A stretch of 64,000 nucleotides of DNA, taken from positions 224,001-288,000 of the forward strand of contig CAXXGJ010000025.1 of NCBI GenBank assembly GCA_963677895.2, given 5' to 3'. Each line of letters opens with the position of its first letter. Position 1 is the first letter of the stretch. Shown here one piece after another: positions 28,899 to 39,667 of this stretch. This DNA comes from Treponemataceae bacterium (GTDB lineage Bacteria; Spirochaetota; Spirochaetia; Treponematales; Rectinemataceae). Under the pieces are notes generated by a model. The model was not told the DNA's origin. It saw only the letters and a list, made by a program, of their open reading frames with translations, and made no database searches. Made by a program: the position numbers and the translations under genes.

Positions 28899-29162
28899 AT
28901 GTCGGAAGAACAACCGAACAACCCCCTCCACGGACTCACGCTGGAGTACATTCTCACCCGCCTCGTCGAGCACTACGGATGGGAAAGCCTGGCCAGGCGC
29001 ATCACCATCCGCTGCTTCGAACTGGATCCGAGCATCAAATCCAGCTTGATTTTCCTGCGCCGGACGCCTTGGGCGCGCGAGAAGGTCGAGCGCCTCTACA
29101 TCAGGACGCGATTCAGGAAGCCGACGGGCGGAACCGAGCCCCCGAAAACGAAGACTCCGTGA
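28899..29162 (+). CDS. VF530/DUF2132-family small protein
   Basis: [40 protein letters not shown]. Confidence 0.9.
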   Translation: MSEEQPNNPLHGLTLEYILTRLVEHYGWESLARRITIRCFELDPSIKSSLIFLRRTPWAREKVERLYIRTRFRKPTGGTEPPKTKTP

Positions 29163-30438
29163 ACATGGCGTCGAGCGACGCCAGATAAGCCTCCCTAGAA
29201 AATGACGGAACGAATTCTTCCTTTATAGAAGCGGCCTTGGCGCCACCATTCTCCGCCAGCGCGAACGCGGCGCGAAGGAGGATCCCCGCCGGCGCGAGAT
29301 AAGCGCGCTCCGGACTGGAGGGGGCGAAATCGGCGCCGTGGATGGTTCCGCGGAATCCCGAAAAGCCCAGCTGACAGGTGGGAACCAGGCTGGCGACATC
29401 CCCGATATCGTCCGAAGCGAAGGAACTGTCCTCGAAATCGATGCTTTTTCTATCAAGAACCGCCTGGGCGGCCTCGCCCAGGACTTTGCCCATGGCCGGC
29501 GAGGGGTGAAAGGCCTGATATCCGGGCGTGTTCCGGATTCTCACCGAGGCGCCCATGGCGAGGGCTCCCGCGCAGAAGGCCCTGTCCACCTTCTCCGCCA
29601 CGGTGACGATCGCGTCGTGGGAGGCTCCCCTGATATAGGTTTCGAGCAGGGCGCGGGAGGGCACCGAATTGATGGTGGTTCCGCCCTCGCTGAGGATGGG
29701 GTGGACGCGGATGTGGTCGGAATCGACGAAGGTCTCGCGCTGCGCGTGGATGGCGTGGAGAGCGATCGTCGCCGCGCCGAGGGCGTTGATGCCGTCTTCC
29801 GGATGGGCACCCGCGTGGGCGGCCTGGCCGATGAATTCGGCCCGCTTGGCCATGAAGCCGTTGAGGGTGCCGTTGACCGTGGCCTGACGCCCGGGAGAAT
29901 CGGACATGGAATGATACTTGAGGACGACACTCGCGTCCTCGAAGACGCCGAGGCGGATAAGTTCCTGTTTGCCCGAAAGATAGCGCAAGGCGCCTTTTTC
30001 GCGGAGCGCCATCCTGCGGTCGAGGTCGACGTATTCCTCGGCGGGGGCGCCGACGAAGAGGATGCGCGCCTTTTCACGCTCCGGCAGTCCCGCGGCCGCC
30101 AGGGCCTTGAACGCCGCGAGCATCACGGCCATCTGGGCATGGTGGCCGCAGGAGTGCGCCACGCCGCCCGGCGCCCCCTGGGTAAGCAGGGCGTCCATAT
30201 CGGCGAGGAACACGATGGCGGGGGCGCCGGGCGGCCCCAGTTCAGCCCTGATCCCCGTGCGGGCCAGGTTCCCTGTCACCCGCGCGCCCGTGGCCTCCAG
30301 CTCGCCCGCGAGGATATCGGCCGTTTCATGCTCGAAAAAGCCGAGTTCCGGCGTGGTCCGCAGCTTTTCGGCCAGTCCGAAGAGCCATTCCTTATCGTCT
30401 TCAAGGCACCGAAGCGCCGTTTCAAGGATTTCTTTCAT
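29113..30438 (-). CDS. M20D-family amidohydrolase
   Basis: [45 protein letters not shown]; start moved to MKEILE. Confidence 0.9.
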   Translation of the reverse strand: MKEILETALRCLEDDKEWLFGLAEKLRTTPELGFFEHETADILAGELEATGARVTGNLARTGIRAELGPPGAPAIVFLADMDALLTQGAPGGVAHSCGHHAQMAVMLAAFKALAAAGLPEREKARILFVGAPAEEYVDLDRRMALREKGALRYLSGKQELIRLGVFEDASVVLKYHSMSDSPGRQATVNGTLNGFMAKRAEFIGQAAHAGAHPEDGINALGAATIALHAIHAQRETFVDSDHIRVHPILSEGGTTINSVPSRALLETYIRGASHDAIVTVAEKVDRAFCAGALAMGASVRIRNTPGYQAFHPSPAMGKVLGEAAQAVLDRKSIDFEDSSFASDDIGDVASLVPTCQLGFSGFRGTIHGADFAPSSPERAYLAPAGILLRAAFALAENGGAKAASIKEEFVPSFSREAYLASLDAMFTESSFSGARFRPSAS

Positions 30439-30644
30439 GAAAATATAATACCCGCGGGGAAATGCCTCAACAAGGATCCAGAGCCCTTTTCGCGGCCGCG
30501 AATGACGCAAATCCAGATTGTCCGGCCATGTTTCGTCGAAAAACCGGGAGTCCACGCCTTTACTGAAAAGCATTATAATGGTATTCAGATAGCTAACAAT
30601 TTCGACGGCTGCCCGACGAAACCGTCGATACAAGGAGACTTTGC

Positions 30645-31727
30645 ATGAAAAAGATCATTCTAGTTCTTAGCATCGTACTTGCCTGCGCGATGGCTTTGCC
30701 AGTCGCGGCTGCCGGCCCGGCGAAGGCGGACATATTCCTTCTCATCTCCGGATCGCTCGGTGATAAGGGATTCAACGATTCAGCCAAAGCCGGTCTCGAC
30801 ATGATCAAGGCCAAGTTCGGCGACCGCGTGACCACCAAATACACCGAACTCGGTTCGGACGCCGCCAAGTACTCTCCCGCCCTGGAAGACGCCGGCGCCG
30901 AAGGCTACGAAGTCGTCCTCTGCTCCAACAACTTCAACAACGCGGTCATGGAAGTCGCCGCCAGGTATCCCAAGACCCTCTACATCATGTACGACGGCTG
31001 GACCAAGGACGACATCGCCAACGTCTACTCCGTCCAGTTCAAGAACTCCGAAGCCGGCTACCTCGCCGGAGCCCTCGCCGGCCTCATGACCAGCACCAAG
31101 GGCAATGCCCAGATCAACCCCGAAAACGTCATCGGCTTCATCGGCGGACGCGACATCACCGGCATCAACGACTTCTTTGTCGGCTACATCGCCGGCGCCC
31201 AGAAAGTCTCTCCCTCCGTCAAGATCATCTACAATTACGTCAACTCCTTCACCGACACCGCCAAGGCCAAGGACCAGGCTCTGATCCAGATCAGGACCTA
31301 CAAAGCCGACGTGATTTACCATGCCGCCGGCCGCGCCGGCCTCGGCCTCTTCGACGCGGCTGCCGAAACCGGCAAGTACGCCATCGGCGTCGATACCGAC
31401 CAGGCTTCGCTCTTCGGCAGCGAACCCGCCAAGGCAGCCCAGATCCTCACCTCCACGATGAAGCGCGTCGACCTCACCCTCTTCCAGGCGGTAAGCCGCT
31501 TCATGGACGGCGAGAAGCTCGGCGGACAGAAAGTGTACATCGGCGCCGCTGAAGGCGCGATCGCCTATTCGGGCTTCAACAAGGCCATCCCCGCCGCCGT
31601 CCAGAAGGACCTTGAAAAGATCCAGGCCGAGATCAAGGCCGGTTCCATAAAGATTCCCTCCGCCTTCACGATGAGCGCGGACCAGATCAACGCGATGCGC
31701 GACGCCGTGAACGCGGCCAAGAACTGA
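30645..31727 (+). CDS. BMP/PnrA-family nucleoside ABC substrate-binding protein
   Basis: LGDKGFND, GYLAG..AG, DVIYHAAGRAGLG, AIGVDTDQ, TSTMKRVD. Confidence 0.93.
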   Translation: MKKIILVLSIVLACAMALPVAAAGPAKADIFLLISGSLGDKGFNDSAKAGLDMIKAKFGDRVTTKYTELGSDAAKYSPALEDAGAEGYEVVLCSNNFNNAVMEVAARYPKTLYIMYDGWTKDDIANVYSVQFKNSEAGYLAGALAGLMTSTKGNAQINPENVIGFIGGRDITGINDFFVGYIAGAQKVSPSVKIIYNYVNSFTDTAKAKDQALIQIRTYKADVIYHAAGRAGLGLFDAAAETGKYAIGVDTDQASLFGSEPAKAAQILTSTMKRVDLTLFQAVSRFMDGEKLGGQKVYIGAAEGAIAYSGFNKAIPAAVQKDLEKIQAEIKAGSIKIPSAFTMSADQINAMRDAVNAAKN

Positions 31728-31760
31728 TTAATTCCCGCAAAGCTGTTTGCACATGAACGG

Positions 31761-31793
31761 TGCCCACGCCTCTTGCGAGGAGTGGGCATTTTT
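31761..31793 (+). terminator. Intra-operon terminator-like hairpin after the BMP gene
   Basis: TGCCCAC.CCTC-ttgc-GAGG.GTGGGCA followed by TTTTT. Confidence 0.7.
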
Positions 31794-31834
31794 CTAATTT
31801 ATCCCGGCAACCGCGGGTTTCGAAGGAGGCGGCG

Positions 31835-33394
31835 GTGGATTTCATACTGGAAACGGAAGGCCTTAGCAAGGTGTATCCCAACGGCACCCTGGCCAACAAA
31901 CAAGTGAATTTCGGCGTGGCTCCCGGCGAGATCCTCGGCCTCGTAGGCGAAAACGGAGCGGGAAAATCCACGCTCATGAAGGTACTGTACGGCGAGGAGA
32001 GCCCATCCTCGGGCAGGCTATTCCTGGAAGGGAAGCCCGTGTCATTCGCGTCCTCGCAGGAAGCCATCAAAGCCGGAATCGGCATGGTGCACCAGCATTT
32101 CATGCTCGTACCCAGTCTTTCGCTCGCCGAAAACCTGGTGCTCGGACAGGAACCGCACAAGGGAAGGTCCAACATTTTCGATCTCGACAAGGCGGTCGCG
32201 ATCACCGAGGAGTTGGCCGAGAAATACAATTTCAAGATTTTCGCCCGCGCCCGCGTGGTCGACGTTTCGGTCTCCATGAGGCAGAAGCTTGAGATCCTGA
32301 AAGCCCTGTATCGCGGCGCCAAGATTCTCATCCTGGACGAACCCACCGCGGTGCTCACGCCGCAGGAAACGGACGAACTCTTCGTCGAACTCGAGCAGCT
32401 CCGGAAACACGGGCACACCATCATCTTCATAAGCCATAAACTCAATGAAATATTCAAGCTTTGCGACAGGGTGAGCGTGATGCGCGATGGCCGCATGATC
32501 GGAACGCACAAGGTTTCCGAAGTGGACAGCCAGACGATTTCCAACGAGATGGTGGGACGCGAAGTCCTTCTGACAGTCGAGAAGAAGAAGGCCAAGCCCG
32601 GCGAAAAGGTCCTCACCGCCAAAGACCTCTCCTATATCGACGACTTCGGCATCACCGCCGTCGACCACCTTTCCTTCGCGCTGAGGAAGGGCGAAATCCT
32701 GGGCGTCGTGGGCGTGGACGGCAATGGACAGTCAGAGCTAGTGCGCATCCTCACGGGATCGACGAAGACCCTTTCGGGCTCCGTCTTCGTCCTCGGTCAG
32801 GACGTCACCAACAAAAGGCCGGGAGAAATCAGAAAGGCGGGACTCGCCCATATCGCCGAGGACAGGATGACGGTGGGTACGGCGCAGCCGGCCAGCATCG
32901 AGGACAACCTCCTGGCCGACCGATATCTCTCCCCCGAATTCACGGGCGTCGCCGGCTTCCTCAAGCCGGAAGCCATCTCGAAGGCAGCGGCCGAGATCGT
33001 CTCTTCCTTCGACATCCGCTGCAATTCCCCGGGTCAGCTGGTGGCCAGTCTCTCCGGCGGCAACATGCAGAAAGTGGTCATCGGAAGAGAGTTCACCGCG
33101 AAGGCGGAAATCCTCGTTATCGCCCAGCCGACGCGCGGCGTCGATGTCGGCGCCATAGAGTTCATCCATAAAAGAATCATAACGATGCGCGACGCGGGCA
33201 AGGCCATTCTTCTCGTCTCGTCGGATCTGCAGGAAGTGATGTCCCTTTCGGACAGCCTCGTGGTCATGAATTCCGGCAAGATCGTCGCCTATTTCGAGGA
33301 CGCCTCGGCGACGACCGACAAGGAACTCGGACTGTATATGCTCGGGCTGAAGAGACAGAGCCCTGAAGAAATCGGGAGAGTGCTCCATGAATAG
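31835..33394 (+). CDS. Nucleoside ABC ATP-binding protein (tandem NBD, NupA type)
   Basis: GENGAGKST, GMVHQHFML, LDEPTAVL, LSGGNMQK, QPTRGVDVGA; GTG start after GGAGG. Confidence 0.93.
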   Translation: MDFILETEGLSKVYPNGTLANKQVNFGVAPGEILGLVGENGAGKSTLMKVLYGEESPSSGRLFLEGKPVSFASSQEAIKAGIGMVHQHFMLVPSLSLAENLVLGQEPHKGRSNIFDLDKAVAITEELAEKYNFKIFARARVVDVSVSMRQKLEILKALYRGAKILILDEPTAVLTPQETDELFVELEQLRKHGHTIIFISHKLNEIFKLCDRVSVMRDGRMIGTHKVSEVDSQTISNEMVGREVLLTVEKKKAKPGEKVLTAKDLSYIDDFGITAVDHLSFALRKGEILGVVGVDGNGQSELVRILTGSTKTLSGSVFVLGQDVTNKRPGEIRKAGLAHIAEDRMTVGTAQPASIEDNLLADRYLSPEFTGVAGFLKPEAISKAAAEIVSSFDIRCNSPGQLVASLSGGNMQKVVIGREFTAKAEILVIAQPTRGVDVGAIEFIHKRIITMRDAGKAILLVSSDLQEVMSLSDSLVVMNSGKIVAYFEDASATTDKELGLYMLGLKRQSPEEIGRVLHE

Positions 33395-34532
33395 CAAAAA
33401 AACGAAAAAACCGGGATTTTTCGATTCGATACGTCTTTTCTTCACCGACAGGGACAAGCTCGAACCCGCCCTCATCACCATTCTTGCCGGCGCTTTCTCC
33501 ATATTGATGGGCGTGGGGCTCATCTTCATCGTCAGCAAGGATCCCGTCACATCGACGAAGAATTTCCTTCTCGGGCCGATCTTGAGGACCTACAACTTCT
33601 ATTACTTGATGATAGCCATGGTGCCTATCACCTTCACGGGCCTGGCCATGTGCATCATCTACAAACTGAGATACATGAGCCTGATCGTCGACTCGAGCTT
33701 CTACATCGGCGCGGTCGTCGCCACGGCCATCGGCGTCAAGCTCAGCCTGCCGCCAGGGATTCATCCCGCGGTGGCCATGATAGCCGCCGGACTCGTCGGG
33801 GGGCTTATAGGGCTTCTACCCGCCATCCTCAAGATAAAGTGGAGAGCCAACGAGCTCGTCTCCTCGCTGATGTTCAACTACATCTTCTACTTCATCGGAA
33901 GCTTCATCATCCTCTACTACCTGCGCGACAGGGACCAGACGATTCTCGCCTCCCTGCCCTTCCAGAAAAGCTTCAACCTTCCCAAGCTCGTCGAGAACAC
34001 GCAGCTGCACGCCGGTTTCATAATCGCCGCGGTCTTCGTCGTCATCGTGTCGATATTCCTGTTCCGGACGCGCTGGGGTTTCGAGATCAGGATAGCCGGC
34101 GCGAATCCTAAATTCGCGGCCTACGCGGGCATTCCCGTCGCGACGGTCGCCCTCTATGCCCACTTTGTCGCGGGCTTCATCGGCGGCCTCGGCGGCGCCG
34201 TGGAAATGTCAGGGCTCTACCGGGCATTCATCTGGCAGATGAATCCGTCCTATGCCATGGACGGCGTGATCGTCGCGATGCTCGCGCGAAAGAACCCGAA
34301 ATATGTGCCCCTCTCGGCATTTTTCCTCGCCTACCTGAGGGTGGGCGCCGACTTCATGTCCAGGCGCGGCGACGTGGCCTTCGAGTTCATAACCCTTCTC
34401 CAGGGCATCATCATCCTCATCCTCGCCTCGGACAAGATCCTCAACTACTTCAAGGCGCGCAGACTGCGCAGGAATGCCCTGCTCGCAGAAGCCTCGGCCA
34501 ACGCCGCGGCGGCGCAAGGAGGCCAGGCATGA
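33387..34532 (+). CDS. Nucleoside ABC permease (NupB type)
   Basis: Polytopic membrane protein; NELVSSLMFNY, RTRWGFEIR..GANPKFAAYAGI. Confidence 0.9.
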   Translation: MNSKKTKKPGFFDSIRLFFTDRDKLEPALITILAGAFSILMGVGLIFIVSKDPVTSTKNFLLGPILRTYNFYYLMIAMVPITFTGLAMCIIYKLRYMSLIVDSSFYIGAVVATAIGVKLSLPPGIHPAVAMIAAGLVGGLIGLLPAILKIKWRANELVSSLMFNYIFYFIGSFIILYYLRDRDQTILASLPFQKSFNLPKLVENTQLHAGFIIAAVFVVIVSIFLFRTRWGFEIRIAGANPKFAAYAGIPVATVALYAHFVAGFIGGLGGAVEMSGLYRAFIWQMNPSYAMDGVIVAMLARKNPKYVPLSAFFLAYLRVGADFMSRRGDVAFEFITLLQGIIILILASDKILNYFKARRLRRNALLAEASANAAAAQGGQA

Positions 34533-35536
34533 TCGAATTCATCGTGAACGTATTTACCTCGGCCAATTATTGGTTCATCGTGCTGCGCTCCACGGCGCCG
34601 ATTCTCCTCGTCACCCTGGGCGCCGTGATAACTGAATCCGCGGGTATCAAGAACATGGCGCTCGAAGGATCGATGCTCTGGGCAGCCCTTGTCGGCGTCA
34701 TCGTCAGCGCCTGGACGGGCAGCGCTTGGCTGGGCCTCCTCGGGGGCATTCTCGCCGCGGTCGCCATCGCCCTTACCCTGGGGCTCTTCGCCCTCAAGCT
34801 GGACGCCAACGCCGTACTCTGCGGCGTCGCCCTCAACCTCTTCTCGACGGGCGGCACGGTATTCGTCCTCTTCTCCCTCACGGGCGACAAGGGAATTTCC
34901 TCTTCGCTGGCGAGCAAAACCCTCCCCTTCATCAAGATTCCCTTCATCCAGGATATTCCCTGGCTGGGCAAGGTGATATCGGGACAGAACGTGGTCATCT
35001 GGCTCGCTGCGGCGGCCGTGATCGTCGTCCATTTCATCATGAACAAAGCCACCATCGGACGGAGAATCAAGGCGACCGGCGAAAACGTGGAAGCCGCGAA
35101 GGCGGCGGGAATAGACCCCGACCGCATCAAGTTCTTCACCCTCATCGTCTCGGGCGTCCTCGCGGGCATCGCCGGATGCTTCCTCAGCATGGGCTACACC
35201 TCCAACTTCACCTCCGGAATAGCGGCAGGCCGCGGCTATGTAGCCAACGCCGCCCAGGTTGTCGCTGGCGGCACCGCCATCGGAGCTATCTTCGCCTCTC
35301 TTATCTTCGGCCTCACCGACGCCATGGCCACCTACCTGCAGAACGTCGGCCTGCCGCCCGAACTAATCCAGGCCCTGCCTTATTTCGTGACCATTCTCGG
35401 CTTCATCGTCGTGACCCTGATCCGCGACAGGCGCGAGTCCATCCGCAAGAAGAAGCTCTTCGAGGGCAAGCTGCCGAAAGGCGGGCTGAAACCTGTCATG
35501 ACGGGCTCGGACGCGGGCGGAGCGACGCCGGTATGA
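34529..35536 (+). CDS. Nucleoside ABC permease (NupC type)
   Basis: ESAGIKNMALEG, GRRIKATGEN..AAKAAGI, AGRGY, LPYFVT. Confidence 0.9.
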   Translation: MIEFIVNVFTSANYWFIVLRSTAPILLVTLGAVITESAGIKNMALEGSMLWAALVGVIVSAWTGSAWLGLLGGILAAVAIALTLGLFALKLDANAVLCGVALNLFSTGGTVFVLFSLTGDKGISSSLASKTLPFIKIPFIQDIPWLGKVISGQNVVIWLAAAAVIVVHFIMNKATIGRRIKATGENVEAAKAAGIDPDRIKFFTLIVSGVLAGIAGCFLSMGYTSNFTSGIAAGRGYVANAAQVVAGGTAIGAIFASLIFGLTDAMATYLQNVGLPPELIQALPYFVTILGFIVVTLIRDRRESIRKKKLFEGKLPKGGLKPVMTGSDAGGATPV

Positions 35537-36894
35537 GCGGCCAGACTGCCCCGGTCGCCCTCGCCGATTTCATCGTCGAGGGCGCCGTCATCCTCTGCCT
35601 GGATCCCGAATGGCGAATCTTCGAACCCGGCTACATCGCGGTGCGCGACGGCCGTATCAGCGCCGTCGGCCCCGCCGAAGAGGGCGCGGCCATCCAGGCC
35701 AAGCGGCGTATAGACGCCGCGGGCAAGCTTCTCATGCCCGGCTTCGTCAACACCCACACCCACGTTCCCATGTCGGCCTTCCGCGGCGCCTGCGAAGACG
35801 TCAAGGACAGGCTGATCCGCTTCCTCTTCCCCCTCGAGCGCGACCTCGTGCGGCCGGAGCTCGTCTACTGGTCGACGCTCTACTGCCTCACCGAGATGGC
35901 GCGCTCGGGCACGACCACCTTCGCGGACATGTACTATTTCGAGGATGAAGTGGCCAAGGCGACGAAAAAGGCGGGCATGCGCGCCCTCCTCGGGGAGACC
36001 GTCCTCGGCCAGGCCGCGCCCGACGCGGCGCAGGCCTACGGCGGCATCGACTACGCGAAGGACTTCATCGCCGAATGGAAGGGAGACGGACTCATCGATC
36101 CCTGCTTCGCCCCGCACGCTCCCTACACCGTGGACCGCCCCCACCTGGAACTGCTGCGCGACGAGGCCGAGCGCCTCGACACCGATATCATGATCCACGT
36201 GGCCGAGATGGATTTCGAGAACAAGCAGTTTTCGGAGAGCCATGGCTCGGTGCTGCGCTATCTCGATTCGATAGAAGGGCTTCTCTCGCCGCGCTTCCTC
36301 GCGGCCCATATGCTCTACGTGGACGATGAGGACGTGGCGCTCGCGGCGAAGCGCGGCATGCGCGTTGCCCACTGCCCTGCCTCGAACGCCAAATCGGGCC
36401 GCCTCATCTGCCCGGCCTGGCGCCTGACGAAGGCCGGCGTCCCCCTGGGCCTCGCCACCGACGGCCCCCTGTCCGGAAATGGCATGGACATGGAGGGCGT
36501 GCTGGGTCTCTTCCCCAAAATGCAGAAGGTGAGGGAAGGCAGGCGCGAGATATTGAGCGCCAGGGAAGCCCTGCGCGCGGCCACGTTGGGCGGCGCCGAG
36601 GCGCTCCATCTGGCCGACCGGATCGGATCGCTCGAAGCCGGCAAGCGGGCCGACTTCATCATCGTGGACTTGGATGACTTCAACATGCAGCCGGTCTACG
36701 ACTGGTATTCGACGGTCGTCTACGCGATGAGGTCGCACAACGTTGAGTCGGTCTTCGTGGAGGGCCGACAGATCGTCGAGGCGCGCAGGATGACGGGCTT
36801 TGACCAGGACGAAGCGATGGCGGAGATGATGAAGATAAAGTGCAACTGTTCGGCCTTCATCGCCGATATCGCCGCGAGGCTGGCCGCCGGTTGA
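35533..36894 (+). CDS. Amidohydrolase, MTA/SAH or nucleoside deaminase-like
   Basis: PGFVNTHTH, GTTTFADMY, APHAPYT, IHVAE, HCPASN, LATDG, GSLEAGKRAD; start MSGQTA overlaps the permease stop. Confidence 0.9.
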   Translation: MSGQTAPVALADFIVEGAVILCLDPEWRIFEPGYIAVRDGRISAVGPAEEGAAIQAKRRIDAAGKLLMPGFVNTHTHVPMSAFRGACEDVKDRLIRFLFPLERDLVRPELVYWSTLYCLTEMARSGTTTFADMYYFEDEVAKATKKAGMRALLGETVLGQAAPDAAQAYGGIDYAKDFIAEWKGDGLIDPCFAPHAPYTVDRPHLELLRDEAERLDTDIMIHVAEMDFENKQFSESHGSVLRYLDSIEGLLSPRFLAAHMLYVDDEDVALAAKRGMRVAHCPASNAKSGRLICPAWRLTKAGVPLGLATDGPLSGNGMDMEGVLGLFPKMQKVREGRREILSAREALRAATLGGAEALHLADRIGSLEAGKRADFIIVDLDDFNMQPVYDWYSTVVYAMRSHNVESVFVEGRQIVEARRMTGFDQDEAMAEMMKIKCNCSAFIADIAARLAAG

Positions 36895-36939
36895 ACGCGG
36901 GTTGAACGCGGATTCAATCCATGCAATAGTAAGAAAATA

Positions 36940-38154
36940 ATGCAATTCAACCTGGCCAATTTTTTGCGTGGAATATCCAAAGCCTTGGACTTCATAGAAG
37001 AGGACTTGTTCGGCCTTCCCACCAACCACTCGAAAAGAATCGCGCTGATCGCGGTGCGGCTTGGCCAGGAAATGAATATGTCCCCGGAAGAGCTGTTTGA
37101 TCTTACAGCCTTGGCCTTGCTGCACGATAACGGCGCGAGCATCAAGCTGCTTCAAGACAGTCAAAAGGCGAGCATGCTCGAAAAACAGAATCTGGCTGAG
37201 AGCATGCAGCAGCACTGCGTCATCGGGGAACGGAATGTCGCCAGCTTCAGTTTCATGACATCCCCGGCGAATATCATTCTCTACCATCATGAAAATCACG
37301 ACGGGACAGGCTTTTTCGGCAAACGAGGCGACGAGATTCCGCTTATGTCGCGCATCATTCACCTGGCCGATAAGCTGGATCTGGATTGCGGCATAAAGAA
37401 CGCCGCCGATAATGCTTCGGAGCGAGGCCGCGTCTCCGCCTACGTGAAGCGCTATAAAGGAACATATTTTTCGCCCGAGACCGCCGATGTTTTCCTTCTT
37501 CTCGCGGAACAGGAATCGTTCTGGAACGAGCTGAACGACGCGGCCATTTCGTTGGCCTTATTGAGGTACACGCCTGACTTTTCCATCGACTTCTCGTATG
37601 GCGAAATCAGGGAAATGACCAGGACTTTTTCGAAAATCATCGACGCGAAATCGGCGTTCACCGAACTTCATTCAAGCGGACTCGCGGAAAAAGTCGAGAA
37701 GATGGCGGCCTACTATGGTTTTGACGAAGACACTGTCCAACAGATGCTGATCGCGGCTGATCTCCATGATCTCGGAAAGATGGCGGTCAGCAACGCGATT
37801 CTGGACAAGCCTGGCGTTCTGACCGCCGCGGAGTTCAACAAGATAAAAACCCATCCCGGAGTAGCCAGAGTTTGCCTCGAAGAGATAAAGGGGTTTGAGT
37901 CGATCGTCCAATGGATTTATCAGCATCACGAGAAACTCGACGGATCGGGATATCCGCAAGGGCTAAAGGGCGAAAGCCTGGACTCCAATTCCAGATTGCT
38001 GACCTGTCTGGACATTTATCAGGCATTGACGGAGGAAAGGCCATACCGAAAAGCGATGGACCACGAGTCAGCCGTGACAGCCCTGCGGACGATGGCGAGG
38101 AAGAACCTCATCGATCCGCGGATTGTCGAAGACATCGCCCGTCTTTTTCAATGA
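36940..38154 (+). CDS. Tandem HD / HD-GYP domain phosphohydrolase
   Basis: N-domain LHDNG..HHENHDGTGF; C-domain LHDLGK..HHEKLDGSGYP..RPYRK. Confidence 0.9.
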   Translation: MQFNLANFLRGISKALDFIEEDLFGLPTNHSKRIALIAVRLGQEMNMSPEELFDLTALALLHDNGASIKLLQDSQKASMLEKQNLAESMQQHCVIGERNVASFSFMTSPANIILYHHENHDGTGFFGKRGDEIPLMSRIIHLADKLDLDCGIKNAADNASERGRVSAYVKRYKGTYFSPETADVFLLLAEQESFWNELNDAAISLALLRYTPDFSIDFSYGEIREMTRTFSKIIDAKSAFTELHSSGLAEKVEKMAAYYGFDEDTVQQMLIAADLHDLGKMAVSNAILDKPGVLTAAEFNKIKTHPGVARVCLEEIKGFESIVQWIYQHHEKLDGSGYPQGLKGESLDSNSRLLTCLDIYQALTEERPYRKAMDHESAVTALRTMARKNLIDPRIVEDIARLFQ

Positions 38155-38196
38155 CAAGAAAACCTCAGCCCGCGCGTTCCCCCGTATCTTGCCTCG

Positions 38197-39642
38197 TCAA
38201 AGATCCATCGTCGATCGGTACGGCCGGGCGTTCGCCTTGAACTCGGCCTTGGCGGCGGCGAGGATTTCCGGCTCGGTGACGAGTCCGAAGCCCGCGAGCG
38301 CCATGCAGGCGCCCGCCCAGCGCATGGCCTTGAAAGCCCAGGTCGAGCCGGAGGCCGCGCAGGACTGCCAGGTGTGGGCGCCGATGCCGAGAGGCCAGGT
38401 AGCCGCGTTCATCTGCCCCACCGGGACGACATAGGACACATCGCCCGTATCGAGAGAACCGCCTATCCTTTTCCCTTCGCCAAAATCGCCCAACGTTCTG
38501 TGGATGGGCGATTTCAGCAAATCGAGTGGGGCGCCGATCGGCGCGAGGGTGGCTTTCCTGTCGTCTTTTTCCACGGTCGCCTGGAGGCTTTTCGCGAAGA
38601 CGAGTTCCTCGGGCGTGGGGACGGGCAGAGGCAGGCTGCCCATCGCCTTGTACAGAAGATCCTGGATGGCGTAGTTCGGCCTGTAATCGCACTTTCCGGC
38701 CTTTATCTCCGACGTGAAACTCGTCTCCGTCATGAGGGCCGCGCCCTGCGCCGCCTTCATTATGCGCTTCATGACGAGGGGAACGATTTCGGCCGTCGGA
38801 GCGCGGACATAGAGGAAGGTCGCGGCGTGCGCCGGCACGATGTTGGGCCTGTCGCCGCCGTCGCTGATCACGTAGTGCAGAAGGATGCCGGGGCTGAGGT
38901 GCTCGCGCATGAATTCGAGCGAAAGGTTGAAGAGCTGGACAGCGTCGAGAGCCGATCTTCCCGCCTGAGGCGCCATGCCGGCGTGGCTCGCCCTGCCCTT
39001 GAATGAAAAGACGAGGCTCAGGTTGGCGCTCGAGGTATAGCGGTGCGGCGTGTTCACGTCGGCGCCGTGCCAGGTCATGATGGCATCGGCGTCGCTGAAG
39101 CGGCCGGCCTTCACCATGGGAATGCGCCCGAGCGATTCCTCGGCCGGGCAGCCGTAATATCTGACGCGGCCGGGGATGCCCCGCGTTTCGAGAATGTGAG
39201 CGAGGGTCTCGGCTGCGGCGAGTGATCCCGCTCCGAGAAGATTGTGCCCGCAGGCGTGCCCCGGGGCTCCCTCATTCGCGGGCTTCTTTTCGATGCCGCA
39301 GACCTGGGACATGCCCGGCAGCGCGTCGTATTCGCCCATGAAGGCGATGATGGGTCCCCCCGAACCGCGTTCGGCGACGAAGGAATGCTTCATCTCGGGG
39401 TACTCGGTCACCGAGAAGCCCTTGGAGGCGAGGCGCTTTTCATAGATGGCCGAAGACCGCTCCTCGTGGAAGGCGACTTCGGGATGTTCCCAGATGTCGC
39501 GCGAGATCGCGTCGTATTCGGCGCCGTGGCGCGCGACGAATTCTGCTATTTCCGCGGCTACGGCCGTTGTTGCGGCCGAGGCCGCGGCCAAGGCCGGCGC
39601 CAGGGACGTTTGAGCGTTTTGGGGAGCATTGATCTTTTTCAT
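38197..39642 (-). CDS. M20 amidohydrolase, AbgB-like
   Basis: WEHPEVAFHE, GEYDALPG, GHACGHNLLG, GCPAEE, HAGMAPQAGRSALD, DTGDVSYVVP, HTWQ. Confidence 0.9.
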   Translation of the reverse strand: MKKINAPQNAQTSLAPALAAASAATTAVAAEIAEFVARHGAEYDAISRDIWEHPEVAFHEERSSAIYEKRLASKGFSVTEYPEMKHSFVAERGSGGPIIAFMGEYDALPGMSQVCGIEKKPANEGAPGHACGHNLLGAGSLAAAETLAHILETRGIPGRVRYYGCPAEESLGRIPMVKAGRFSDADAIMTWHGADVNTPHRYTSSANLSLVFSFKGRASHAGMAPQAGRSALDAVQLFNLSLEFMREHLSPGILLHYVISDGGDRPNIVPAHAATFLYVRAPTAEIVPLVMKRIMKAAQGAALMTETSFTSEIKAGKCDYRPNYAIQDLLYKAMGSLPLPVPTPEELVFAKSLQATVEKDDRKATLAPIGAPLDLLKSPIHRTLGDFGEGKRIGGSLDTGDVSYVVPVGQMNAATWPLGIGAHTWQSCAASGSTWAFKAMRWAGACMALAGFGLVTEPEILAAAKAEFKANARPYRSTMDL

Positions 39643-39667
39643 CGTACAACCTTTGGGTATCGAAAGT

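Noticed and set aside
30570..30644. Purine or SAM riboswitch upstream of the BMP operon
   Set aside because: Only a single hairpin (TCGACGG..CCGTCGA); the leader is too short and lacks aptamer consensus.
34726..35532. N-terminal extension of the deaminase ORF (722 aa)
   Set aside because: Off-frame overlap with the permease; an ATGA-coupled start exists at 35533, and I saw no slippery site.
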